Shown piece after piece: positions 13,244 through 25,887 of a stretch of 64,000 bases of DNA (position 1 is the first letter of the stretch; each line of letters begins with the position of its first letter). The translations under genes and the position numbers were made by a program. The notes beneath the pieces are model-generated. The model ran no database searches. It saw only the letters and a program-made list of their open reading frames with translations, and had not been told where the DNA came from. This DNA comes from Amphiscolops sp. MND2022 (taxonomy: Eukaryota). The stretch is from assembly GCA_964187785.1 (NCBI GenBank), contig OZ076409.1:84136001-84200000 (forward strand). The letters run 5' to 3'.

Positions 13244-14426
13244 GGATCCCATCATGCTGCCTAAGTCACAAGCAAGCTGTTGCAATGTTATCATTATCCT
13301 CAGAGCTAAAGATTACCTAAGCAGATCGCAAGCACTGTTTTATTACCAGTTGTTGTAAAAACTTCTAGTAACTTCACGTACGTTCAATATGGAGTAATAA
13401 GTTATGGTGGCACAGCTTATTCTAATCTTGATCTTATCTTGAGGATTCACCAATCTTTTGTAAGAATAATCTGTGTCCTATAGTTACAAGTGTATCAAAG
13501 GATCTGACAGAAAAAGACTTGACGACGATATGTCTATCAATTTTTAAAACTATCGTAATCTCTATCCGTGATGAGCACTTGAGGAAAGAAAATTCATATC
13601 CCACATTCCGCTGGGTGGGCGCCGAATAGGCAGTTATGCTTTTTTAGTCGGCGCCTTTTCGGATATTACTAGTATGAACCGTTCAATCGTCTCTAGGTTG
13701 CACCTGATTTCAATTTTAGTCTCCGATCAACAAAAACGAAGCATGTGCGCCATTCGGTTGGATGAACTCGATCGCTCGTTATGAGAATGAACAGGCTAGC
13801 GCTTTATAACCGATTAGTTCAGTTGTATAGTCGTATATTTCGCAAAAGTTTGCATCTATCCATAGTTTTAATGAGAAACTTTTCAATTATTCATTTCTGT
13901 CATGTCACAAAAACGGTTTTTGTTTCGTGCTAAGAGGACATCATCAGCTTCAAGAACAATTTTTTGGCACATTATCAACTGCAACCTTGCAGCGCTTATC
14001 GTGTAGTTTAAGATGGATCTAACGCAGCTGGCTCGGTATATTGTCCACTGTGGTCTCTAATGGTTGAAACCTCTCTTCGAAGTATTACATATTTTCTGTC
14101 GATTCCAACCCCCAGAGTTGGAAGTTTATTGGAGTTCCCGGTAAACACCTGCTGCTTCAAACTCACAGAACCCACTTGGCTGGGCCGTGGAAGCCACTGA
14201 GACGCTTTCTCCGTTTGATCGGATGCCTTGATACTTTTCTCATCAATCAACTCTCGAGTAAAACTCTAATTATTAGAAAATGATGTTACTCCTTTATTAG
14301 CCCTCTTTTCATTCTTCAGGCTCCCATTAAGCAGGTTTTGCTTTTACGAGTCTGTTCAATTCAAACACATAATTCACTTTTACAAAAACAACGTAAATTC
14401 ATCTGTGGATGAATACATATAATTTT

Positions 14427-14660
14427 CATTAAAATTGTGAAGTGGACCGTTTCAAATGAAGATATTTAATAGTCATTGAAATGGTGATGGATTGTTTCAA
14501 GATTAAAATCTCATTAAAAATGTGCAGTGGACCGTTTCAAATGAAGATATTTAATAATCATTAAAATTGTGATGGATCGTTTCAATAATCATTAAAATTG
14601 TGATGGATCGTTTCAAAATTAAATTCGAATTAAAATTGTGCAGTGGATCGTTTCACGTTT
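14427..14660 (+). repeat. Short degenerate tandem array
   Basis: Repeated 'attaaaattgtg(ca/at)gtgga(c/t)cgtttcaa' units of variable length, roughly 30-50 bp. Confidence 0.75.
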
Positions 14661-15610
14661 CAAAAGAACGCAACTAGCTCGCTACTTCACATATTGCTGG
14701 CTCAACATTCACCTTATATAAAGGGTGCATTTGTTGGCCTGAATATTGATTTATTCGAGATAACGTGTTAGGGACAGGATTGGCTATTAATCTGATCAAC
14801 TGAGTTCCAGGTCTAGTTCTCGGAATGCAAAACGATATCCAGCTGAATTGTAGATCAATGGAAGCAAGCGGGTCAAAAGCTAGCTCGTTTCGTTTGAATG
14901 TAAACAAACATGCTTAAATAGTTTCAATCAAATTGATAATCTAATGGACCATGTGTTCAATTCCCGGGTAAAATCAGCTGCTCCCAACCAATGACTTTCA
15001 ACTTATGCCACTCACTAGGAAAATTTAGTTCCAATTATTCAGGAAGACCACTGTCAGATGTATCCTAACAATGGAAGGCATCCATATGGTACAAACACGC
15101 GCGAGATTTCGGGATGAATGCTTTAAGGAAATACGCCCCGGGAAAATTTATCTGCTGTTTTCCTACAGATTACTGAATGAAACAAATTATTAATTTTTAA
15201 TCTTCCTTCGTCTCAAGAATTAGACGATCAAGGTACATTGGATTAGTTTGGGAATGAAGCACATGCACTTATAGCATTGAAAGGCCACTAGCGATAGGGC
15301 GTACTATTGACATCTTATCATTTGTTGAAAATACAATTGAATGAATAGGATTTTATTTCGGTCAAAATACAAAGATGCAAAGTACGCATAAAGTTGTACC
15401 AAGAATGGGTCATCAGATTGCAAATCAACACAAAGCTTTATCCATAAATAAACAGATACGAATATAGAAAGATGCTGAGTTCATTTAAGTCGGGGAGTTT
15501 TGTGTACCATGCATTTCGTACCAGCATAAGCGTACGCCCAGTAGTCACGCCTGGGTCGTTTATTCACGTGGTTGGGTAGATGGTGTAAACTTAGCAGCGA
15601 ACTTAGTTGC

Positions 15611-15991
15611 TTAGTATCGGTAATGGTCGGGCTTGTAGGGGCCACTCTTAGCGATGCCCAAGTAATCGGACTGTTCAGTAGTGAGAGTGGTCAACTTCAC
15701 GCCGATCTTATCCAAATGAGCTCGGGCTACATCCTCGTCCAAGTTCTTGGGCAGAGTGACTACTTCGTTAGCCTTGTACTTGCCAGGGTTGCACCAAAGT
15801 TCGATCTGAGCGAGAACCTGATTGGTGAACGAGTTGCTCATCACGAAACTCGGGTGGCCTGCAGCACAGCCGAGGTTGACCAATCGGCCTTCGGCCAAGA
15901 CGATGACGTGCTTGCCGTTGTTCAGGGTGTAAAGATCAACTTGTGGCTTGATCTCCTCTTTCTTGGCGCAGTGTTTGTTCAAGTGGGCCAT
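15611..15991 (-). CDS. AHCY: Adenosylhomocysteinase exon 3 (terminal)
   Basis: Acceptor tttgttcAG|ATG. Encodes [34 protein letters not shown]...[10 protein letters not shown], the canonical AHCY C-terminus. Confidence 0.97.
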   Translation of the reverse strand: MAHLNKHCAKKEEIKPQVDLYTLNNGKHVIVLAEGRLVNLGCAAGHPSFVMSNSFTNQVLAQIELWCNPGKYKANEVVTLPKNLDEDVARAHLDKIGVKLTTLTTEQSDYLGIAKSGPYKPDHYRY

Positions 15992-16166
15992 CTGAACAAA
16001 CACAGATTATAAATGGGGTGGGCGTGATCATATTTTCGTTCCTCAGGGCAACGCCTCATTAGAGAGCAACCACAATTCTCAAAACGTCGAAAAGGACGCC
16101 TTAGAGTAAGAACAGGGGCTCTTTTCTGCAGGCAAGTTCAATATATTCAAGTGATATCGAGTATTT

Positions 16167-17119
16167 AAGCAAGACGCCCGCGGACCAGCGGGATATTTTC
16201 CGCCCCAAATCTCTTCGAAAAAGACTACTGGACAACAAATTTGTTCCTTGTTGATTCTTTTCAACATTCCAATCTACGAAGTCTGTCGAAAATTTGACAA
16301 AAATTGCATAAAAAACTTTGAAAATTGGAAAATTTTGGGTTTTTTGTCATTTTCGGTTTCAATTTGATATATTTTTCATTTAGAAAACAGTCATTATCTC
16401 TTCGGAAAAGCATACTGGACAACGAATTCCTGCCATTCCTGTCACGTTGAGCGTTTTCAACATTCTAATCCACGAAGTCTATCGAAAATTTGACAAAAAT
16501 TGCATAAAAACGTTAAAAATCGAAAAATTTTGGAATTTTATCATTTTTGGGGTAATTTTTCTTTTTGAAAAAACGCATTTATCTCCTTAAAGAATACTAT
16601 TGGACAACGAGTTCGTGCCTTGTTGAACGTTTTCAACATTCTAATCCACGATGTTTATCGAAAAAATGACAAAAATTGCATTAAAACCTTAAAAGTCCAA
16701 AAATTTTGGAATTTTTGTCATTTTTTTGGTAATTTTTCTTTTAAAAAAACCGCATTTATCTCTTCAGAATACTATTGGATAACGAATTCGTGCCTTGTTG
16801 AACGTTTTCAACATTCTAATCGACGATGTTTATCGAAAAAATGGCAAAAAATGCATGAAAACGGTGAAAATTGGGAAAGTTTTGAAGTTTTGTCATTTTC
16901 GGGGTCATTTTTGGGTCATTATGGGGTCATTTCCGTCATTCCCAAAAAAGTCCAAAAATCTTTACAAATACATATCGCATGGAACTAAATTTATGTCAGT
17001 TGAATTCTGTGAATGTACTTCTTCATATTACGTAAACAATAATTCTTGGCAAATTTAGTAAAAAAAACCCGTTTGATTTAAATATTTTCCTTTCCCATAT
17101 GAAATATGGGCGGAAAATA
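16167..17119 (-). mobile_element. HINE-like element family 3 with an internal ~180-bp tandem array, in AHCY intron 2; second copy abuts at ~17122-17824
   Basis: Hairpin CCCGC-ggacca-GCGGG (16177-16192); subTIR TATTTTCCGCCC (16194-16205) and its inverse GGGCGGAAAATA (17108-17119) overlapping stem-loop CCCATATgaaATATGGG. About four ~180-bp units at ~16210-16920. Confidence 0.65.
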
Positions 17120-18344
17120 ATAAACAAGACGCCCAAAAACCCATGCCAACGAAAACATTAAATCTTGCACGAAAAAAATCCAAATTTAAAAATTGATACT
17201 TTTTGGTTGGCTTAGGAACCAGAGCCGCGTATGCGGTAAAGGAGTCGGCTTAGGTCTTTTTCCTTCTGACTGGTTCCAATCCCAGTCATACGAATTTATT
17301 GAAATTGCACACATAGACCATACTATGGTGTAGAAAATGACTGTAGAAATTTTCGTTCGAATCGTATGGACAGTTTTTGCGATAATATTCCTGCTAAAGC
17401 AGAAATAATAAAAATCAGAAAAAGTCGAAAAATGGCTGTTTTTTGGCCATTTTTGGGCTAATTTTGGTTGTTTCTCACATTCCAGTCATAGGATTCTGAT
17501 GCCATTGCGCAGGGTAATTTCACGAAAAGGGTATGGGCAGTTTTTGAGAAAATTGATATTTTCAGGAAAGGTCGGGAGACAAAAAAAAACGACACGATTG
17601 GATAAGTAGTCGAAAATTTTTTCCGACTCCTAAAAACTACTTTCAAATTTCTCTACAAAAAAGTATGCTAAGGAGCTATTTGCCCTAGAACTCTGGATAT
17701 TCATGCCCACAAAATTCAAAAATTGACATTTCGACACTTCCTGAGGAATGAACTATAACGAAATTTGGAAAACATGGCGAATAGATTAATGTTCCTTTCC
17801 CACATGGAATATAGGCGGAAAACAATTATTTCATTTGTCAATTGATTGCATTAACGGTAAGTAATTTACCTCTATTTTGTAAAAATTCGATGACTAGTTC
17901 AAAAAAGTAGGAAAACTTTATGGCATCGAAAGAACGGATATAAACATTTACTATGCCTTGACCATGTGCATAGTAAATTCAATCGTGATTCTGAACTAAT
18001 ATATTTTTCTACGTTCTACTAGAATTTTTTCAATGACAGGCATTGATTACAACATTAACAGGAAGCATTAATTGAAAATTAACAGCAAAAGCAAATAAAT
18101 CAATATTGTCTTTCCCTGAGCCTAAAAAACCATTGACCGAAAACAAGAGAAAGGATTAGAAAATAACAAGAAAATTTCAACTGGATCAAAAGTGTTCTAA
18201 CAACAGGGATGAATTTATAATTTGATTTTCAAAGAGCAAGAATAACAATCGAATTATGAATGTATAAGAGGGTTTTAAAAACGATAAAGATTGCGCACAG
18301 ACGAAAGACGCGGTGATTAGAGAACGTATTGCATAATTTATTAC

Positions 18345-18491
18345 CTCAATTTCACAGTCGAAGTGGCCAATGTTGCAGACGATGGCGTAATCCTTCATTT
18401 TGTTGAAGTCTTCTCCCTTGATGATACCAGCACATCCGGTGGCGGTGACGAAAATGTCAATATCACTAACAACGTCTTCAATAGTTGTCAC
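18345..18491 (-). CDS. AHCY: Adenosylhomocysteinase exon 2 (49 codons, phase 0/0)
   Basis: ttccAG|GTG...GAG|GTaat. Encodes [20 protein letters not shown]...[12 protein letters not shown]. Confidence 0.96.
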
Positions 18492-18953
18492 CTGGAACAA
18501 TATTAGGCTCAAACTTTACACAACCAAATTTTTTCCTCTCCATCCATTAAGATCAAAATCAGAAAGGGACCGAGCGCATCGGAACCTCAAGGTGAAATGA
18601 TACAAGCAAATGTTGAAGAGGGGGCACGTCGGTAAAGTTTCTCAGGTGTCAATACGAATTGAGTCCCATTTGGTCATTTCATTAACAGAAATGAAGCACA
18701 TATAAACAAACTGCACAATCAGTTAAAAGACTTTAGGATTCTACATTTGGAACTAGGATAGTACATTTAGAATGCCTACTAAAAACGATAAGCAAGATTG
18801 AAAACTGAGCTTTCATGAAAAAGAATTTGAATGACAACGCCACACACGAAAACAATTGAAAGCCAAGCCTGTAGCTAAGGGCATTTTGATGCCTATTCAA
18901 CTATTTGTACAAAAAACTTACGAATACTTTGTGAACACAAAACAATGTCTAAC

Positions 18954-19730
18954 CTGATATCCTTCCATGGCGGCCTGGAGAGCGTTGATGGGGTCAATTT
19001 CGGAGATGATGACTCGGCACCCGTAACTTCTCAAGCTCTGAGCGGATCCCTTGCCCACGTCTCCGTATCCGGCGACAAAAGCCACTTTGCCGGCCAACAT
19101 GACACCAGTTGCTCTCTTGATTCCATCAACCAAACTCTCACGACATCCGTACAAGTTGTCGAACTTGGACTTTGTGACAGAGTCGTTGACGTTAATGGCT
19201 GGCACCTTGAGGGCGTTGTTTTTGGCCATTCTGTACAGGGCGTGGACACCAGTGGTGGTTTCCTCAGACAGACCCCGAATACCTGGTAAGTACTGAGGGT
19301 ACTTCTCGTGAACAAGAGCTGTAAGGTCTCCTCCGTCGTCCAAAATCATGTTCAGAGGCTGTCCGTCCTTGAAGATGAGGGTCTGCTCGATGCACCACAT
19401 GTATTCCTCGTCAGTCTCACCCTTCCAGGCGTAGACAGGGACACCTGCCTTGGCAATGGCAGCAGCCGCGTGATCCTGGGTGGAGAAGATGTTGCAACTG
19501 CTCCATTGCACATCAGCGCCCAGTTCAATGAGGGTCTCGATGAGAACACCTGTTTGCAGCGTCATGTGCAGACACCCGGCAATTCTGGCTCCCTTCAGAG
19601 GCTTGCTCTGCCCGTACATGGCTCGCAGTTTCATCAGACCTGGCATCTCAATCTCGGCCAAGTTGAGCTCCTTTCGGCCCCATTCGGCCAGAGAGATGTC
19701 GGCTACTTTGTATGCGGCTTTGGCAGTCAT
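18954..19730 (-). CDS. AHCY: Adenosylhomocysteinase exon 1 (259 codons); joined CDS 434 aa
   Basis: ATG at 19730 ([12 protein letters not shown]). Motifs [40 protein letters not shown]. Donor CAG|GTtaga. Confidence 0.98.
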
Positions 19731-20007
19731 TTTGTTGCAATAAAACAAGTTTTAAACAAGTTTTTCAATTCAAAACTGAAAAGTTTAGTAGAAGCGATGA
19801 TTAGTTAGAACGAGCTAAGGAGACTGATTTGTACAGCTGAAGGAGCCGAAATGGTACTGCTACAAGCACTGTCGTGTTAGATTACGAAACAGCACAAGTC
19901 GTATCAGTACTGCAAATTTTCCAAGATAACCAACCATTCGAAATTTTTGATAAGTGCAAGCAGCCATGTTAGCATAAAAGATAACAGCAAAGCCTTGCAA
20001 ATAAACA

Positions 20008-20095
20008 TGGGCGCCGCCATCTTTAATGACGTCAAAATTACAATTTTGCACCGAGAGAGAAAGAGAAAAGCACGAAAAGTACAGCGCCATTTTGT
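20008..20095 (-). promoter_or_regulatory. Candidate AHCY promoter elements
   Basis: About 300 bp upstream of the ATG: YY1-consensus GCCGCCATCTT (20013-20023), CGCCATTTTG (20085-20094), perfect CRE TGACGTCA (20027-20034) and a CT-rich tract on the minus strand. Motif matches only. Confidence 0.4.
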
Positions 20096-20471
20096 TCTAC
20101 AGCACAATAGATAATTTGTCAACGAGCCGCAGTTCAAAAGTTCGTTTTTGCTGCAGTTTTTCGACCGTTCAAAATGATGACATTCGGAGCCATTACGTAA
20201 CAGTAATTTATTCAAAAAAGCTTGAACGCAAGATTTTCATGGCGGCGATTTCAGTCCTTGGAAATACCATTCCCTCTTAAATTTGCGGAAATTTGCATTT
20301 ATAGCCATTCATGTTGTCTCCGAAAATATGCAATTGGCTAGGCTAATCCAAAAGATAGTAGAATAGCGGTAGAAATTTTAATGCTTTGAGTCTGTTCATC
20401 TAGTTTGTTATAATTTATAACCTTCAACTGCAATAATTAGAGAATTCTATGAATCAAGACTAATGTACAAC

Positions 20472-20860
20472 AGAAGCCGGGAACGGCATAAGTCGGCGTC
20501 ATATCTAAAGCTCAAAAATAGTAAAAAGGACTTCAAAGTGTCAAGTATTCTTTTACAGTACCCGAAAAACCCAAAAGTTGGACCAAATTGGTGCGCCGGG
20601 GGACCCTTTGGGATTTGAAACATCAAAAAATGAAGGGGGGACCCTTTGAAAAAAAATTTTCGGAACCGAAAAAAAATGAAAAGGGGGGGCATTATCACGC
20701 CCGGTACTGTATGTAACGCTGAAAAAGGAACCTTTTTGGTTCAGTTCCTTCTGGTCCAATTTGACACCTTAAAGTTTCGTAGAACTATTTTGGTCAGTTC
20801 GTGTGGATTGAAAAAAAGAGTCACTATAATAGTCGCGTTTCACTTCATGAAGCGCCTACT
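20472..20860 (-). mobile_element. HINE-like family 1 copy
   Basis: agccgggaacggcataagtcggcgtc ... cactataatagtcgcgtttcacttcatgaagcgcctact. Confidence 0.7.
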
Positions 20861-21192
20861 GAAACAGAACATTGCTTACCTCGGGATTGAGTCTCCGAAA
20901 TTGTTCAAGGCGGTCATGGTCACTTCTCTTGCTAGAATTCGGACGATTTTGATGCTGGTATTACTGTATAATTATCGCGATCTTTGAGCAAATAATGTTA
21001 GGCTTTTTAAGTCGTAACCAAGTGATTCTGTTTAGACAGAAAATGCCACAATATGAATTGAGCTTTTAATTCATCTGACAAAGTCAATGAATAAGTCCAC
21101 AATTTTTGTTCATTACCGGAAACGTGATCGAAAAGTTCACTTGGAAATTTTTTCATTACTTGAACAAAAAATGAGTTGGCATTAAAAATTAA

Positions 21193-21846
21193 AACAAGTC
21201 GGAAACGGCGCAAGTCGGCGCCACGCTTAAGGCTCATCAGAGCAAAGTTTTCAAATGAACACTAGAAAACATATATTTTCAGCATATAGTCCTTTTCAAG
21301 GCAGAAATTGTAAGAAAAATAGAACAAAGGAAATCAACTTCTTCAAAAAGAAGATTGGTAATGTCACCCTCTAATATGCATTACGCTACCCTGCTCGCTA
21401 AACGCTTTTTTTGAGCCGAAAGCATTTAGGAAACTCAATGAGTGCCCTTTGCTTAAAGGATTTTTTCCAGAGAAGTCGCACATAACTCGAAACATCGAAA
21501 ACCCATTTTTTGAAAAACATGTCGATTTTTTTCTTTCCGGAAAATGTCTCATAGTGGCGAAAAACAAAAGGAGACCCTCTCATTTCGTAAAAAAACAATA
21601 TAGCGAGCTGGGGGTCACTTGTGAACGCTTTCTTGAACCTCGGCCTCCTCCTCAGTAAAACCCAATTTACTTTGCACATAACGTCAACAATTCGAATATA
21701 GCGTACGGACAGGCCTGTTTTTAATCGTCTTTACGTATGAAAGATATTTTGCTCCATCTGTTCTTAGTAAAAACGGACAGATCAGAGCTAATGGAGAAAA
21801 AAAGCTAGCCATTGTAAAAAGTGCTTATGCTTTGGAAACGCCTAAT
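21193..21846 (-). mobile_element. HINE-like family 1 copy, diverged
   Basis: aacaagtcggaaacggcgcaagtcggcgccacgcttaaggctc at the start; degenerate far end 'gccattgtaa...aaacgcctaat'. Confidence 0.5.
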
Positions 21847-22530
21847 AAAAACGAGTACGAGAGCTGACCGAGAGAGGCCGAGGGCAGACAGAAAAACTGA
21901 GAACAGCAGAAAAACTCTAAGAAAAGACTATCTACAGGTGCTAACCCTACAGTTTTGATGCAATTCAGCAAAATGCTACCTAAAGTAGCTAAAGCTTTCA
22001 GCTAGAATATCTTCGTTTGGTACTTGGAGCCCCAGCTTTTAACTGCGTGGTCTGCCGTTTTAATGTATGGTTGTATGGATTATCATTGTTTTCTATCTGT
22101 GGTTTTGATCTCGAGAGGTACTTTTCGCAACTTTATATCAATCTCCCTATCACCTTGGAATTGGAAACTTACATTCTTGATCCGTTTTTATAGGCTATTC
22201 GAGAGGTGGTCCTCAGAGTAGCAGAAAGATGAGAGCTAGTTATAGCAAGGACTAGGACCGGTCGGCAAGTATTCAGCTGTATACTTCCTCACAGCACCAT
22301 GGGAGGTATTTCACACTCGACGCAAAATGGACTTGTGGAGATGGGAGCCAGTCCCGGGCAATATTTCCATTCTGCAGGTTACTCCACTTCTAGTGTGTGT
22401 TAAGCGACCGATTACTGCATGTAATTACAGTTGCTAATTTTTTCACAAGATAACGAAAAATGAAACAAAAGCAGCAAAGTACAGAAAAACCACTTTGGTC
22501 TGATACAGCTGTTGGTTTGGTTAGAAAAAG

Positions 22531-22607
22531 TGACAGCCGCGGGGTTTGAACACACTACCTTCTGCTTGTGAAGCATGAGCCCTGACCACTGAAACATGTG
22601 GCGGTCA
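22531..22607 (-). pseudogene. tRNA-derived sequence (pseudo-tRNA or SINE head); related copy at ~39200-39270
   Basis: Minus strand folds as an imperfect cloverleaf: TGACCGCC/GGCTGTCA acceptor stem, AGTGGT A-box-like, tgc-TTCACAA-gca anticodon arm (CAC), GTTCAAAC B-box. Mismatched stems argue against a functional tRNA. Confidence 0.55.
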
Positions 22608-23661
22608 CTGCAGGAGCGCGTGGTGGGGATTGTACAAAAAGAGGCTTTTGAGTGCGCATGATCTGAAAAAAAGACTTGCCACTGTATTAGTCGGGTACAA
22701 TTCCGTCCAAAATTCAGGGTCGAAATTCGGATTATTTCGGAATTGTTCAGCTGGACTTTTAGGCCCAAAGGGTCACCATTTGTGTTTTTTTTTCGGCAAT
22801 TTGAAATTGAGATATTTTGCCAAAAACGTTTCCTCGAAGCTTTGAAATACTTTTGCTGTTTCTGAGCCTAAAGCGGGGAGCCGACTTATGCCGTTCCCTC
22901 CTAAGGTTTTTCCGAACTATGCGACTTTTCTTCGAAAAAATTTGTATTTGGTCAGAGGGTAACCCCTTCACTTTCATTAAAGTTTTCGGCTTGAAAAAAA
23001 AGTTTTGTGAGTTGAAAGCCTTTTGGCTTTGAGACTTTCCGAAAAAAAATCATTTTCAGAAAATTGTTTTTTGATGTTTCTGATTGGTGAAAAAGCGGTT
23101 TTTGAGTCTTATGGGTATCCTCTATATATTTGACAACATTTTCACAATAGTGTCCCTTTGCATATGTAAAAAAACTTCAGCGGTGCGTCGACTTGGGCCG
23201 TTCCCGGCTTGTTAAATAGTGTCTCAACCTCATTAAATTCACTGCCCTATGACATACTCAAATATCGGGAGGCCCAGTCTTTTCTTATACAGTATTTTAC
23301 GGATAAAAACCAGCGATGACCAATTGATTCTTTTTTCAACAGGAAATTCAACATTTATTCAGTGGCTTATTAACACCAAATAACCTAGCAAGGCTTTAAA
23401 GCAGCCTAACAATATTTCAACAAATGAAACATTTTCTTCAGCACAGTTTATATTTCACATTTTCTTGGTATCTTGTTTAACCCGAGCGGCACCGCGAGTT
23501 GAAAAAAGCGATTCACCTTTGACGTTGAGAAGGTCACTTTTCCCTGGGCAAACTGTCAGGTCATCTCTTATTTCGAGACTCCCGTTTTCCAATACGCAAA
23601 TTCAAAAAACGGATATCAAAAAACAAAACTCAAAGCAACAGGAAAGCAGTCACGCTTGAAA

Positions 23662-23875
23662 GGATGCGGGACAAAACAGCCGATTTTAAACGGGACAAAA
23701 CAGCCGATTTTTAAAACGGGACAAAACAGCCGATTTTAAAACAGTACAAAATCGCCGATTGGTAAAAACAAAAATCGCCGATTTTGTCAATGCGTAAGAA
23801 AGCAAACTGTTTTGTCCCGTTTTGAAAATTGACTGCTTTGTCTCGTTTTAAAATCGGATGTTTTGTCCCGCTCCC
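23662..23875. mobile_element. Foldback-like MITE built from ~22-bp units
   Basis: Tandem 'cgggacaaaacagccgattttaaa' units on the left, inverted 'tttaaaatcggatgttttgtcccgc' on the right. Confidence 0.65.
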
Positions 23876-23935
23876 AATTGAAAATGTCAAATTTGTACAG
23901 CATTGATGTTTGACCATATTTTTAACTTGAATTAA

Positions 23936-24525
23936 CCTTAAGTTGGCCAGGAAAAATCTGGTTCCATCCAAAAATTGGGTGCTTCAACTTTAAACCGCAA
24001 TATCTCTTGAACTGTACAAGTCCGACAAACGATTTATACAACGTTCGAAAGAGGAGCATTGGGGCTTTCAAATCAATTTTTAAACTGCTGGGCTTGGGGC
24101 CCACTAGCGCGGGCCCCTTGCGCGCAAAGTTTTTTGCGCGAAGTTCACCGCTGGCGTGCGGCTTCGCCGCACTGGCTCCGAACTTTGCGCCAAAACTTTG
24201 CACGCGTCGTGTCTCTGCTTGCTTTCCAGCATGTTTCAAAACATGCTTGGGCCGCTTTGACCCAATGTTGATACCAGTGGGATAAAAGGGGCACAAACGA
24301 AAACTGGGAAAACGGAAAGTCTGCACTTATTTTTCTTTTGATTATTTCGCCTCATTTTCTGGATTTTGGAGACATCACGCCAATTTTCCGTGAAAAGGCA
24401 CCGAATGCTATGCAATATTGTCTGAAACTCTTTTTAAAGGGTTTGCTTTACCATACAATCAGCTGGTGCGTTAAGAATTTGCAGAAACTAAATGTGCCAA
24501 ATTTGGCACATTGGCCAAGTTAAGG
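23936..24525. mobile_element. piggyBac-like MITE
   Basis: TTAA on both sides (23932-35, 24526-29); TIR CCTTAAGTTGGCCA / TGGCCAAGTTAAGG (13/14 match). Confidence 0.85.
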
Positions 24526-25887
24526 TTAAAAACTGAAGCAGGACTCAACTCATAGTTTTCCTTTAATTTTCGAGACAGAGTGACTCCAAAAAGAGGCGAC
24601 GTTTGAAAGTCAGTAGGCCGTTTCTATTCACACTGTTGATTGGAAACCACCAGTGAGTCTCTCTCTCAATCATCCTGACAACGATAAAACAAAACTTCGT
24701 CAAAACTAAGCATTGTGGAGTCGCTGCAAAGCAATCGCGAGTTGCTCAATTTGGTTTATCAGAAAAGGTTATCTGCGAGATACGACCTTTACCGTCCAAA
24801 AACTGCTTTTGCATACGATGAATCAATCATTTTTCTTCGCAACTGAATGTCACCAGAATCATTTTCAAAACCGCAGACTTATTGGGCTCTCAGTAATATT
24901 GCGGGGTGTGCAAAATACTTGATATTTTTCAAAAGTAGATCCATGAATATTCAAGTAAAATTTCCGCAATATTTTTCAAAAATAGATCTATCAATAATCA
25001 AGTGAAATTTCCATAAGTAAATGCTCAAAAAACAATTTCACGATACGCTAATTGAATAATGAAAAAATACTAATTGCAATGAAGGAGAATACTAAGGAGT
25101 GATCATGGCCTTTTGCATTGACTCTTTTGAATGTAATCGAAGCTTCCGCTGAACAATGAAATAGTCCATACTTACTCGTTTGCCGAACAAATCATTTAGA
25201 ACAGTTTAATTCTGAATGTTTCAAAAAAGTCCGAACACAGGAAGTCCATCAAAAACATCACTTTTTTCAACTAGAAATTTTGCAAAACCGGTGAGTCTGA
25301 AAAGAGAAATAGTTTGTTTCTGCACAATGATTTCACAAAATTAAAACTCAAAAATTGATGTCGATGGTATACTGACTTCGAAGGAAAAACTTCCACAAAG
25401 CATACGTCGAATTCAGATTCAAAATTCAAAACCCCAAGCCGAGGTATATCATCCCATTAACAACAAAGAAAACAGTACAAGGGAAAGTGGCGGAATTTAC
25501 TGGTGAAAAGATGAATAACGGAACAAAAAAAAATTGAATCACCAAAAACTCATGGGTTGTCAGTAGTCGAAGATTTCATTTGAAGACCTCATCTAAATTT
25601 CTCCCAGACAGTCATCGACTGAAAGCGTTTGTTGCAAACATTTAATTGATAAAACGAGTTCGAAGTGAAATGAGAGGCAAAAACAATTCATACGATGTCA
25701 TCTTCCCACCGTTAAAACATGAAAAGAGAAACTTGTGTTTCAAAGATGAAAATACAAATGTTCAATTGTGAATTTAAATAAATAATTCTATATTTCAATT
25801 ACAAATTGTTATCTGAAGGTTGCACAAATCATTACAAAAAGAATCCAAAATAAAAGTTTTAGATAGATGCCATGTGTTTACACGGTG

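Larger units (their letters stand above)
7450..13480 (+). pseudogene. Decayed L2/CR1-group LINE reverse-transcriptase relic (~7450-7847 and ~13244-13480), split by Gypsy-1
   Basis: Degenerate RT motifs in the expected order: FADTM (AFDTV-like), RKQYASM, YGVPLESV (GVPQGS-like), LLPDYT (FADDT-like). After the Gypsy: VQYGVISYGGTAYSNLDLILRIHQSFVRII. Stops and frameshifts present. Confidence 0.55.

Noticed and set aside
19731..19748. AHCY N-terminal extension MFYCNK from the ORF track
   Set aside because: Begins at TTG; homology starts at the ATG at 19730.
15572..19808. Plus-strand ORFs overlapping AHCY exons (e.g. 15572-16012, 19308-19808)
   Set aside because: Antisense shadows of a codon-biased gene; no recognisable motifs.
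22531..22607. Functional tRNA-Val(CAC) gene
   Set aside because: Mismatches in the acceptor, D and T stems; the related copy has a different loop sequence.
23662..23790. 22-bp repeats (also 14427-14660) as a CRISPR array
   Set aside because: No unique spacers, no cas genes, eukaryotic context.
25589..25618. Alternative PLC terminal exon (tttcAG|TCG ATG ACT GTC TGG GAG AAA TTT AGA TGA)
   Set aside because: Only nine codons and needs a weak GTATAA donor; unsupported without transcripts.
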